A DNA stretch of 64,000 nucleotides from Rhodosorus marinus CCMP1338 (lineage: Eukaryota > Plantae > Rhodophyta). Under the pieces are notes generated by a model, which worked only from the letters and a program-made list of their open reading frames with translations, made no database searches and was not told the origin of the DNA. The stretch spans positions 868,001-932,000 of the forward strand of contig JAMWBK010000001.1 of the NCBI GenBank assembly GCA_029953675.1. Direction: 5' to 3'. Of the stretch, positions 32,521-45,404 are shown in pieces. The position numbers and the translations under genes were made by a program. Position 1 is the stretch's first letter. Each line of letters starts with the position of its first letter.

Positions 32521-35500
32521 TGGATTCGAGTGAAGTAAGTCTGCTGCGCCCGCATGGCAGAATCCTAAGTCCTCATTTCCGACACAAATCTAAACGGAAC
32601 GAGAATCTAAACACTACGGCAGCCAGCATCCACTGGACGTAAAACTCTCGTTTTGGTCAAACCGAACTTTTTTGTCAACTAAATAGTAGTGAAATCTCGA
32701 GAGGCAGACGCAGAGAAACACTATATATTTATACATATTTATACCATATATTCGTAAATATATTGCTTCTTCAATCAGAAACATATCAACCTCCCTGGTA
32801 CTTTCAATTGAATGAAAATATGAATTCTGGACTGCATGATTTTTCCGGTGTTTGTTCATTTTTTTGCTGTTTTTGAAAAAAAATGAGTTTGGGGCTTCCT
32901 AGAAAGTGCCAAAAAGGGTTCCAGGGGGGGGGTGGAAGGGTTACTCATCATCCTAGATGAATTGGCAGTCTGCAACAATATCAACGGTAAAACTTGAAAA
33001 TTTCAGCTTTCTGTTGTGAATCTTCTTTTGCTCTGGAACAAATAGCTCGTCTATTGGGGAAGTGGGGGGGGAATTCTTTGGAATTGAGAAGTGATCATGT
33101 TTTGTACTTTTATTCGGTGCTGTTGTTGTGCTGTGGAACAAGGGGTGATTCGTTGTTTTGAGAAGCGAAAAAAGAAAACAACTAGAGTTGGGAATACCTT
33201 TTTATCCACCCCTGAGCTACCGGTTGAAAATATGTACTAACCAGTTTGTAACAATTCGACCGCGTGTGCTTGTCGGGCTGATGTTCGGCGAGGCTGAACT
33301 GGACAACAAGACATGGAGCAGAGGTGACAGGGAGTGGTTACAGTAGCTTGAGCTCGGCACAGCAGGTTCGCATGCTGTTCTAGTTCCAGAATGAAGTTTG
33401 TGTGCCGTCTCAATTCGGTCCATAGTCCCGATTCTACTCCCGCCCTTTTCGAAATCGAGTTCAGGACATGAATCTACGCGTTCACTACATGGTTGGTATT
33501 CAAGAGTCCAAATTATCTTCTGTATGTGGTAATTTTTGTACCAAACATGTCCATGTACGAAGGACGGAGCTCTGTCCGTTCCTGTGCTGAAAAGCGGGAA
33601 CAATGTCTTGTTCACAAACCTGAACATGCGTCCATCGAGCTTGAACGATGCACGCGAGCGCACGAACACAATTTAGTCTCGGGTATTCAGCAACAGAAGC
33701 CGTACAAAGCTTCCAAACCAGGTCGGATTGCTGGATGTCTGAACCTCGACATTGTCACCAGGGCTCCAGTCTGTCAACAACATTTCGACAACACTAAACC
33801 GAGCAATTGGCCGACCTACAAAGTCCATCACGACTCAACCCCCCTTTAAAAACTGCTGCAAAATAAACTGCCAAGAAATTCCTGGAACGAGCATAAATCA
33901 CTACCCCCCTCCCGGCACAGGGTTTTCACATATTTCCAAGAGACAAGTTTTCCTCGGGGAAACCCCTGTCTTATTGACACATTGCGTTCCCAATGATGGC
34001 AAACCAAAAAAAAACAACAACCAAAAACCAAAAACGTCCAAAAATAGTTTCGAAATTCTCGAACCTACATACCTTCAAAGGTGCAAAACAAAAGTTACAA
34101 AGAAAAGCAAAATGAAAAAGGACGGACTGAGAAGGGGCCAAAAAAAAAAACTCTAAACCGAAATCATCCCCCTTAAGGCTCTTTTAATCGTCACCTGATA
34201 TCAAACCCGCGCCTTTAAAATGCATTTTATTTTACAAGCAATAAAGATTGATGTTCAGGGACTAATTACAATATTTAAAAACATATATATAGAAATAATG
34301 ATTGAGTTTGTTCTTTACTTCTTTTATCATAGTGACGCTTACATATTCCCGCCAGCACCACTGCTAAAAAAAAAACGAGCTTCATTTTGAAACAGTTCAA
34401 GACCCCCCCCCCCCAACCCCCCCCGAACGAAGACAGAGACATTACAATATTATTTTATTAAAGAACAAATATCGAACTTTTCATGACCCAGGCTGATATT
34501 GGATCGTGGGTAGGGTTTCTTGTCATGAAGACCCATGCTATTTTCTCCTCCTGCTTTTTTTGAGCCATTGTGAGTACAAGTTTTTTTGGTGAAGGGGAAG
34601 GGGGGGGGGAAGTGAAGGAGTCGAAAACTAGATATTTCTAATTATCGATGTTTCAGAACTGTCATTTTATACATGGGCTTCGGGGTAGGGGTGTTCAAGG
34701 CGGAGCCAACACCATATGGGATTTTTCAATGTTTGAGGAGGGAGAATAGCAAAACTTGGGTTGGGGGTAGAGAACGGGTTTGGGAGGTTGGGGAAGGGCA
34801 GTTCGCTCAACAAGTTTGGTAGGGGAGGGAATTGTTGCGTGGGAGAGGGGAGTTGGGAAGTTCGGGAAGGAGAGAAGCTGTGGTAGTACTATAGCTGGTT
34901 AGAAAATCATTTCTGGGGTGCTGGACTGGTGGGGGGGAACAGAGGAGTTTTGTGTTTGGACAGGTTTTGAGGTTAAGGGTATTGAGTTTGGGGATTTTGC
35001 TTGGAAAAGGGTTTGGGGATAGTTTGTGGAGCTGGGTTTTGCTGGTTTTGTGGAGGGACGGAATGGGGAAAGAAGGTGTAGGTTGGTAGAGGGTGAGTGG
35101 ATTACTGGATGTTCCAGTAGGAGATGGTTCGATAGGGTAATTCAGAAGGGCGCAGTTAAGTTGGTTCTGGTGGGGATTGGGTTGGAAAGGCATCGGTTTT
35201 GGTTTTGTTTTGTCGAGTCCTTTTCGTTGTTTCGTTAGAAGCGCTTACGTTTGGAAGGAATACTGAGGAGCTGGCTTGTGAGGAGGACGAAATTTCCTGT
35301 TCTACGATGGAAGGGAAACGATTCCCAACTTCACCACCGGAGTCGTCGGAAAGCATGTCGACTGCGAAGTAAGTCCACGCTCTATGGAGTTTTCAGTTGT
35401 CGCTTCTAAATTTGAGGGAATGCAGAGATTCTGAGGTTTTGAATTATTTTTTTATGTGTTATAGGAAACTTGAGGAGCTGATTAAAGAGCGAACTGTGAT

Positions 35501-35722
35501 GGAGCAAATCAGGACTAAATGCCCGCTTTCATGGAGTGTTATTGATATGGGTAAGACTTGTGAGGATAAGTTGTGATTGAGACTCAAGCATAGGCTGACT
35601 GTTGCAGCATTCTCACTTCGCCTCTTTTTTCGTTTCTGTTCCTTGTGGACCTTCATCTGTGGGGTTTTTCCGCTCCTGTAGAGATCACAAGGCTGCAACT
35701 AGAGACTCAACAGTTCGCTGGA

Positions 35723-36640
35723 ATGGCGTCTGGCATGTCCAATGGTGGAACAGCGAATGACGTGAATGACTCCTCCCACAACAGCGCTTCGTCTAGACGT
35801 AGCGCGTCTTCGAACATGGGGAGCAAGAAGAGGGTCAAGCTGCCGATTCCTGCGGATAAGTATCCCGAGTATAACTTCGTTGGAAGGCTTCTGGGGCCTC
35901 GAGGTGCTACTCTGAAGGCGCTTGAGCGCGAAACAGGTTGTAAGATTATGATTCGCGGGAGAGGTTCGATTAGGAAGGACAAGGAGACTGAAGTTCGAGG
36001 GAAACCTGGATGGGAGCACGTCTTTAACGAACCGTTACACGTTGTGATTGAAGCTGATTTTGAGGAGCCGCACGCGTCAAGGGCCTTGAACCGGGCGAAA
36101 GAAGCTATCGAGCTACTTCTCGTTCCTGTTCCGGAAGAGAATGACTCGCTCAAGCGCCAACAACTCCGAGATTTGGCTATTCTGAATGGTACATTCCGTG
36201 GGGGAATGTCTGAAGGAAAGGAATCTGGAACACCTCTGGGCTTGCAAACTCGGAGGACTACCAGTTCGATGCGAAGCAGTGGTGTACCCGCCAGTGGAAA
36301 GGACTTCAATCCTCAGGGAAGTGAGTTTGCGGGTGGAGTAAGCCCCGACGAGAAGGAGCACGAGGCAAACATGATGAACGGAGGCCCTGCTATGGACTCT
36401 CTACCCCAAGACATGTCACGTCCATTGAAGGATCCGGCAAGCATAGCACTATCCGAGTGGGAGGACCAAGAACTTGCTGAGGGGGGGCCTGTGAATTTTG
36501 CGAACGGAGAAAATCCTGAAAGGTTCACGAGCCTGGGAAGCGGTGCAGGCTTCTATGGGGGAGCCTTTTCGTCCCACAACTCGATGGTTGGGGAGTCTCT
36601 TCTCTCGTCTCAGTCAAGCGAGCACACGCGAGTTCAATAA
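35723..36640 (+). CDS. KH-domain RNA-binding protein, STAR/Quaking/SF1 family
   Basis: PEYNFVGRLLGPRGATLKALERETGCKIMIRGRGS..EPLHVVIEA..KRQQLRDLAILNG (KH plus QUA2). An upstream exon is possible. Confidence 0.9.
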   Translation: MASGMSNGGTANDVNDSSHNSASSRRSASSNMGSKKRVKLPIPADKYPEYNFVGRLLGPRGATLKALERETGCKIMIRGRGSIRKDKETEVRGKPGWEHVFNEPLHVVIEADFEEPHASRALNRAKEAIELLLVPVPEENDSLKRQQLRDLAILNGTFRGGMSEGKESGTPLGLQTRRTTSSMRSSGVPASGKDFNPQGSEFAGGVSPDEKEHEANMMNGGPAMDSLPQDMSRPLKDPASIALSEWEDQELAEGGPVNFANGENPERFTSLGSGAGFYGGAFSSHNSMVGESLLSSQSSEHTRVQ

Positions 36641-37100
36641 TTCCGACGATTTGTAGTTTTCTGAGAAGATGGACCTCGCAGTCGCGAGCTCGTTTGGTGG
36701 ACTCGGGTCCTGGACTAATATGAAATACTTTGGGAATCTGTTCCCAGGACTAATTGCACCCTCAATCTAAGTTCAAGTACTAAATGCCTACTGACAAGTC
36801 GAATGACTAGAAACAGCGTTTTTTGCTGTATGCTCACTATGAAAATTTTCATTATTCACTACTACTACTACTACTACACTGCATTAACTCCCTCACTCAA
36901 TAAATGACCGACAAGTGGTATCAAGGATATAAAACTGGGGAACTTCCAGATATGTAGTCGTCAGCCGAACGCTGCAGCTAAGAGGAGAGAACGTTTGGGC
37001 CTCAACGCTACAGCAGTTACATGCGTGGCAGCCCACTTGGACCTAAGAAATGCCTTGTCGTTTTACCCTGTCAAAGTTTTTTACTTCCGGATTATCTGTT

Positions 37101-40100
37101 TTATAATACTTGGTGATCAAAGTCACCCCAGCCAGGACCCCACACTTTAACGAGTCCATCACCTCCACAGCTAGTCAGAGAACGATCAGTTAAATACAAG
37201 TCTCGTACTCCATGTGTTCCAACCAAACCTCCAAACCCAGTTCCCGTCAACCATTGCCTTGTTGGGCTATGCGCCTTCGGAATCAAGTCCAAAACTCGAA
37301 GCGTTCTGTACGAAGAGAAGATAACGCCGAATTAAGAACACCGGCTGACCTCGTGAGCGGATTTCCAACGTTCCGTACCTTGCATCCCAGATCTTAATGT
37401 CCCCATTTCGGCAGCCAGATGCCAGCGCCCGTCCCCTAGGAGATTCCAGTCGGAGGCAGATTACTTCATCTTCGTGGGCGGGTAGCTCGGCGACGCAAGC
37501 TCGCGTTCTCGAATCTACTACTGACAGGGAACCGTCGCATCCACCTGTGACAATTCGCATTCGGTCCTCGAGGAGCGCCAAAGAACGAGCTTGGAAAGGA
37601 AGCAAACAGAGAGTCAAATTTGTAAGCTCCTTCGTATCACCCTAGAGAGACGATAACAGTCTACTGCAAAAAAAAAACAGTCGGAGGACTGCCAAAGTTC
37701 ATCGCCTTTCCATACCCTCCCCTGAAGTGTGAACTCTTGCCGTCCAGGTGGCCCTCATCGATGAGCTCGCCTCTCGAATATCAAAGACTCTAAGAGAATG
37801 TCCAACGCTCGAGCTTGCCCCTCCTTGGACACCCGACTGATCTCCTACTACTGCAACTAGATGTCTCTCGTCGAGAAAGATCGCGTCAGATGCCCGACGG
37901 TTTCCGAACGCGTTGATCTTGATGGAGTCTCCTTCGTGAATTCCAGATGCTGTCAGGCAGTTCGTAGAAGAAGCTCGTTAGTTCTACGCAGGCTCGCCCA
38001 CAACCTGGAACCATACAGCATTTTGCGCAGGTCCTCACCATGGGAGTGATAAACATCTGGGTCATGCCAGATAGCCACATAACCATTCGCATAAGTGCAG
38101 AGCAGTCCGTCCCCGTACGCAGAAAAATGCAAAGAGACAACACGGCCGTGATTGCTGTCACGAAGACCAGCCCTGGAAATCTTCTCTCCAAAATTCCACA
38201 ATCGAACAAGTCCATCCGCTCCTCCAGAAGCGAAGCGCCTCCTCCTTGGGTGTGCGGCAAGCGCAGTTGCCTCTGTCTCGGATAATGTAATCGCGTCCGG
38301 GCTATGCTTCTGTCAAAACCACCAACACGCTCGGCTAAGCTGCAACTCAAGACCTAGAATCGAAGTTGGTCTCCCGCCAGATCATGCCAGGCATAGACCT
38401 GGAGTAGCTTACCTTTCTGGAACTTTCGTCTGCGTACAGGACCATGTTATCGTACTCCGACTCGAAGAAAGACCACGAATTTGATCTATTAGCGGGCTTC
38501 GGGGAGCGAAACGTGGGGCTCAAATGGATGTCATCTTGTGTGGGCTTCGAGGGGGCATAACTTGAAGGAATCACAAGCTGAATCCCCTTCGGCGTGGACA
38601 TTGCCATCAGAGGAGGATCGGATGACGCAACGCACAGTGAGCGAATCAGTGCACCCTCCTCGCGGAACAACACTGAGAACTTCCCACGCCCAGACCATGG
38701 TCCTGTTGCTCCCGCGGAGAATCTCACTGGGAAAGGATTATCAAGGAAATCAGTCGTATCCCGACCACGCCGCCGATTGACGTGTTGAACTCTCGCTGTG
38801 TTTGATGCGTCGATAGCCGCAGCCACCGTGGCAGCTTCTCGCAGAAACGGAGCAAAGTCTGGAATGGATGCCATGGACTTCCATAGTGCAGCAAAATATC
38901 TGAGCACAGAAAACTCCACCCTGATCAGATCAGGGTCGTGTACGTACAAATTTCGGTCATGGATGAGGAGAACCTACGATACTTCTCCATCGCTTATGTC
39001 CTTTCGCATGGAATCTCTGCCGAACTCGAGCAACGGGTACCATCCGTACACGGCGTCCATTGCGAGAGCATCTAGAGCTTCCGCTGCGACCAGGATACTG
39101 ACATCCCTTCGCCCCTGGCTAAGTCTTTTCTTCGTCCACGAAGAAGCCATATTCGCGACGCAGGAGGTCATCGCCGCAAATGCGCTGGCTGAGAGTATTG
39201 ACGTCAAAAGCGACTGCTCCCTGATGAGTTTGATGGAGCTCTTGTTGCTCTCAATGTTCTCGGGATCAACCTTCGGGGCGGAAAGGCGCAGTTTCGATTG
39301 CTCAGCACTCGAGACCTCCATTATTCGCGCGGCATCATTCTGGCGCTCATGAAGGATCTCCCTCAGGCTGCCTCTGCTGAAATGCTGCGAAATTCTCTTC
39401 CTTCTTGTACGACCAGCTTCCTCCTTCTTATTGTGCATCTGGGGTTGGAGCAATGGATTGTCCGCGACTTGCCGCAATTCCTCGGCAAAATTCTGAACTC
39501 CAAAATCCTCCACATTCGTTGCACTTTCGGATACTGCTGAGGTCCCTACTACCATTTGATTCAGTTCTCCTGCAGTGGCGTTCAACGCGTTCCGCACCTG
39601 GACCCAATCGCCTCCTAGAAAACCCCCAAATACGGAAATGAGATGCAGCGACCGAACCAAATCCCCTTCGAACAATTGAAATGCTTTCCGCGCTAGTCCC
39701 GTTGTGCTTTTAAGAATTGATATAGCGGTTTCAAGTCTGTGCGCGAGCCGGTTGATGTCCTTCTGATTCAAGACTCGAACCCCACCAGCCTTTCCCGTTC
39801 CTTCCACGAGAGTGTGTGTATGCGAGAACATCGCAGAGGTTTGATACAAAGAATATAGCACCACTTTCCGCAGTACCTCCTCAAACATGTAGTTCTGCCT
39901 GCTCGTCTTCCTCAAAGGAGAAATTGAAAGCGTTCGTCTGAGATCATACGATGACTTTGAGTCCTCGTCCTTTCCGGCCTTGGCTTCTGCTCGGGCGGGG
40001 ATTCCCGATGAATCCTTCGACATTCGATACGCAGCAACTGCCAGCGCAATTGCCGCGTCTACATCCTCACTCAAGCTGAGGTCTTGCGCCGCACTTAACG

Positions 40101-43100
40101 CAGCTTGCTTAGCGGCAACAAATCCGATGGGTGACTCTGCAAATAAAAAAGGAAATAGAAGTAGCGGATAAGAGAGACAAAGGGCGGCTTTGTTCAGTAC
40201 TTGACATCTGTAGCTCAATTATGACACTGCAAATGCACTCACGGGCAATGGACTGCGCATCGCATGCAATGGCCTCCGACAGACACTGCGCACTGTCTCC
40301 ACTCTTCGCAGCCCCAGCATGAACGACGGCTCTCCACGCAAGCGTCCTTCTGGTCACATGTGCAGTGAGTTGACGAATCCAGGTCACGTCATCCCGGACT
40401 AGATTAGAATCCCTGGACATTATGGAAGAAGATACACAGTATTAGCATCCTGACGATCACGCGTGTACGTTCTCTCGTGCTTACCCCTTCAGCAACTCGA
40501 TCATGGAGAACAACCCTTGTACGGGGCTCCCCTCTGCAGTGAGCGCCGCTGTGGCTCTGCTTCTACATCTGGCAACACACTCAGCGGTCAAGGGGTCGCT
40601 CATCATTGCGGGGCTAGACGCTATAGCCAAGACATGGTTCAAAGCACACAATGTAGCCTGCAGCTCCTGCCTTCCGTCGTAGATCCTGCCGTTCTGCTGT
40701 GCCGTTTTCTCCAATGTCGTAGGTGCGTCAGGGACTTTTGCTGACATAGTTGCTGCGCTTAATGCTTCATGTCTCTGACCTAAAAGCCATAGAGCCATTG
40801 CCTCTTCGTGATGACGCCCTGTTGCTGCGGCTTGTTTGGCAATTGCCTGCAGTACGTCAGCAACCAATGCGTCTAAAGCGGGACGGAAGCAGCCAGTAAG
40901 CAGAAAGTCATCAGCACATCCCCCAATAGTTCGATTATGTTTGTCATCATACCATCATTAATTAGCCGAGCCAGCAGCAGCGCCAACTGAGTGTCTCCCA
41001 TTCTTGCTCTAATAATCTGTGTGGCGCTCGCATGCTCGCCTGCTAGAAAGAAAAACGCCGCAGCCAACTCCAGGCGATGCTTTGAAACCAATACATAGGC
41101 ATTCTTTGCAGCAGCTTTCCTATTCTCATCCTACGAATTCGGAAAAAGTCATTTGAATACAGAAAACGGACGCAAGCGGCTCAAGTTGTGCAGCTCAAGA
41201 TTTCCGGAGCCCCCAACCTTTGAGAAATCACGTTGTAAAAACTCGAACATTCTTTTTTCGCCTTTTTGTCTGTACAGCACTGCTAGCGCCTTCGCTTTTC
41301 CAAGAAAAACGTACCACATCGCACAAGAGTCTGGGTCCCGTGTTTTCATGAACAAGTTCCGTGCGATTCGCTCAGCGAGTTTCTAACACACACAGGAGGA
41401 CCACACTAGGTTAGCAGCAAGATCACACCTCCTAGACCTGGGGAACAGCCACTTACTTTTACGTGAGTACCAGTCCTAACCCACCAACCCACTCCCAAGC
41501 TGCGACAGTAATCCCAAGATACCGTCTGCTTCATATCGTTCTCAAACGGTGTTTGTATGAGCAAATCAATCAAAGCATCAGCAGAAGTTGAATGTAATGC
41601 GGCTGCCATTGTCGTATGCATCAGCTCATCTTCCTCTTGACGCAGAGGATTCTTCAAAAATGTCATCGCCATCAGCGCAAACCCGGCACCTGTTCCAATT
41701 CCAGCCGTAGGGGGTTAAGAAAACGATTATGAACTCCCACCCGCGATTTCAGATCAGGAACGCGCGAAATGAATGCCCATCCCGAACTTACCGAGCTTAT
41801 CCAGGGATGGAATCACGCTCGCAAGGTGTGCGCATGATTCCACGAGCGCCAGCATTAATTTTTGCTGTTCAGGCTTAAGTTTGTACAGAACAAGGCCACC
41901 GCGAAGTGCGTCGGCGAAAATAGTTAGTTTCCCAATGAGCTCCGGAAGATCCTCCGAAGCCACCTCGACGGGTCCGGAGGAGCAGAAGATATCCATCGGA
42001 GGAGGGTGCGGCCTAAAGCTTCGATTAGAAGCAATGAGCGCTTTAGCTTCTTGCTCCGTCAGCTGACCCGCAATTGCGCCGAGAGTGACAACGACTTCCG
42101 ACGCAGATCGGCCAGTCCACACCATGGAGTGCAGCATGTTGTACGGATTTATGAGAGTCATTGAATTCTTGTGACTGAACGGCGACCCACTGGTAGTCGA
42201 GTACACTAGTAAAGAAGAGCTTTCCCCTGAAATAAGCACGCCGGGTGTGACGAAGGCAGTCGGCTGAGCTATTTCGTGGACCTGTTTGAGAACTAAATTT
42301 CAGTTCCCAATCAACGGGACCTAACACCACTAAAATGCCACTCAACTTACAATGTCCTTTTCTCCAATTCTGAAGGATTCCTTCCAATCCAAGCCTTGAT
42401 CTCTCGAAAAGAGGCGAATACCTTTCCCTTTCTCTCCTGGCCCAACCGCGAGCTGTAACACCAAGGAAACGTCCATACCGAAAGCCAGGCATCCGGTACC
42501 AGATTTCTCGCGTACGCCAAGCCCTTTGCACCTGAATTCCCGACGAAAGCCGGCACTGGAACCAGCGATATTGCTAAGGGCGAATACGGTCAAGGTCCCG
42601 TCCGCTTGCAAGGCAGCTATCCTCGTTGCGACCGGGGTGGCGGTGATTTCCACGATAGGAGAAAGATCTGAGGTCGAGTCGCCGCACCTAATCGCCGTCA
42701 GGTCTTCGATGAGTACAACCTGATATTGTGAGGCATTGTAAACAGGTTGGTGAGTTTTGTTGCCGCGATTTAAGCATGCACATGCAAACCAAAGTATTCG
42801 GGTTGTTACTCGTTGCATACAGATTCACCATCCTCAACGGGCATAGAAACACTATAAATACGAATTCGTCCATCCTTCCCACCGCACATAAGCTGACACA
42901 CTCCGGAAATTGCGGTTGAAATTGTGGCCGATGACATAGGAACCGAAAAATCGCAGTCCAACCTGACGCGAGTCTTTTTCACCATCGCCTGGGAACCGAG
43001 AGGCAGAGAAATTTCAGGTTCAAGAAGGTGAACTATTTCCACTAAACAACTGAAGTTCCAGCGGATAGATGGAACAGCGAGACCAGAACCTACGTCTGCG

Positions 43101-45404
43101 TAAGGATCAACTCGCCATGCACATAAAGCTGTGCCGTCTTCGTTGAGACCCAATACTACCTCAACCTGCGCTTCATCGCTTTCAGGAGCCACTAGGAGTC
43201 TCGTCACCTGTGATTGCGGCCCATCAGCCTGCGCGATGAGCTTTGTTAACCTACGATAGGAGTCGCAATGTGACATACTTTAGACGCAGGCAAGAGCGAA
43301 TAAGCGCTTACCGGGTCCCACTTACGGACACGGCGTGAAAGATATTTTCCGAGACGCGCGGGATTTCTCAACCAGAGTGTATACATTCAATGAGTTGGTA
43401 CACCCATCGACTGCGAAAACAACAGACACAGGGTCGTCCACGGCAACCTTTAAGCTAATCGCTTGCGAAAGAATCACTGACGGGAACGTAACTGCGGTAT
43501 GTGGCCCCTTCAACCTGCCAGCAACCTGTGGCATATCAAAATGGGAGGAGAATATGAGGCGCCTTCCAATCACTCGAAGATACCATTCAAGGGCGAACCT
43601 GTAACGGTGCAAACGGTGAGCCGGTCGTTAGCGACCACAGAAGCGCGTCACCAGAATGGCCCAGAGTCACCACTGAGACTCCTTCCTGAGAGTTCGACGA
43701 GGAGAACCGACTGAGCGGAGTCACCTCTAATTGACGAATGGAGGATTTGTGTCCACACCCAGCACGAGCTCTGCAGCTCGCGGGGCTCATGGAAGTGGGA
43801 ACCCGATCCCACCGAGTTAAATACGTTTGCCCTACGATGCATCAATCCTTAAACCCGTAAGTGGATTGTGACGCAACTAAAATAACTCTTGAAACGAAGC
43901 CTTCGATCTCACCCTGAAGAGCAGACACCGCGAAAGTGACCATCACTTGTGGTGGCTCCGGCGGCTCGGGAGATCGAATTCGCCTCTCGTTGTTAGAAAT
44001 TGCGTATGCTTTCACAACCCGATTGTTGCCTTCGGTTGAGCAAGTAAGGGGGATTGGTGCAACAGATCGAACAGCCACAACGTGCATCTTGGAGGCTGCT
44101 CTTTTGGCCCTGTCGCTCAACAACGGCACCTCGTTCTCCACACCCGGTTCTAACCGACTAAACGCAGCTTTGGGTCTATCATCCAAACCACGGGCTCGCC
44201 AAGGGTAGATCTGCAACCCGCACGCTAGTGAAACATAGTGGTAGCACCTGCTCGGGCGCGGGGCTGCAAGATTGATGTGCTCCCGATTTGCTGCTGTCCC
44301 GAGTGCATCGCTTTCATCTGAAGCAGCACCTCCTCCTCCACCCCAATCCATGAAAGTTCCCGCACAACGACCAACATTCTCCATATGAGGGGTCCTCGCA
44401 ACTTCTTCCATCCAAGTGTTCGTGGATCGCGGTACTTTTGCGTAGACATGCATCTGGCCATCAACGTCCACAGCAAGCAAAGCAGCTCTTCCCCCGCCCC
44501 TTAACTTCCACGATAAGCTGGATACTCCACTTTTGCCGAAGGAAATTTCACAACTACTTCCAAGCGGGTGCACCCGAGGAGGAGGCACAAACGCTCTGGC
44601 CTTAACATACGCGGTCGACAAAGATGCTGCATGTCTAACTTTGCCTTTTTCATACCCGTGGTCTGTGGCATCTGAACTCTTCGGGTGGTGCTGCTTCGGG
44701 TATCCAATATACCTATGTGGAAAAACAGAAGTCGCAGCTGAGAAGCCTACATAGCTACTATATCCTTCATTCCGGAATCAAGAGTCTCGAAAGGGTCGAC
44801 CCTTGTCCCCGATCTTACCAAGCCCGTCCCGCTTCTGCGCCTTCCGTTGCAGCAACAAGCAAGTTTCCCCTGGGAGAGATCGAACCTAGAGTATAGTCCA
44901 TATCCTCGCAGCAATCGGCCGCCTTGACCCGCATTTCGGACTCATATGCAACCTTTCCCGATGCATTACCTGCCTCATCAAATCTGATCGCGTAGCAGAC
45001 CTCACTGATGAGCGAAATCTTGCTGGTCATTCTATATACACCGAAAAATGGTAGGATCTGCAGCTTACTGTTGTGCGCATTCAAGGACCTCTACTCCGTC
45101 GCCGACCACCGCCAGCCGTCTTGAGTCAAGACTAAACGAAAGTGATGAAATTTTTCCTGATCCGCTATCATCCCCTGTTGCGATCAAAAGGAGAAAAAGT
45201 GAGCAAATCGAAACGTAAACAGTTAGGTTCTGCCCTACAAGGGTTTCGGTGAGGGGCGGTCGAGGTAGTCTTTGCAAGGCGACGACCTCCAGATAACACG
45301 CAAAACCTTCTACAGCGTTCTTCTTCTCTCACCAAAAGGTATTATCGCCTCGTACTCGCAACTGTTCCAAAGCCTCTCCGGAACCTGGCCTTCGTACCAG
45401 CCAT
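37101..45404 (-). CDS. RAV1/DMXL: Rav1/DMXL (Rabconnectin-3 alpha, RAVE scaffold) homolog; multi-exon WD40 protein
   Basis: Rav1p_C motifs WDYCRSLGVGWWV, FMKTRDPDSCAMWYVFLGK..MFEFLQRDFS and AAKNAYVLVSKHRLELAAAFFFLAG..GDTQLALLLARL. C-terminal WD40s (IVTGGCDGSLSVVD, ALASGCRNGDIKIWD, GGDGLVKVW). The start position is approximate. Confidence 0.85.

Noticed and set aside
33217-35356. Possible minus-strand gene with a Tudor/Agenet-like WSPGDNVEV..W segment near 33740-33800
   Set aside because: Frames are broken by low-quality-looking sequence and the motif is too short to call.
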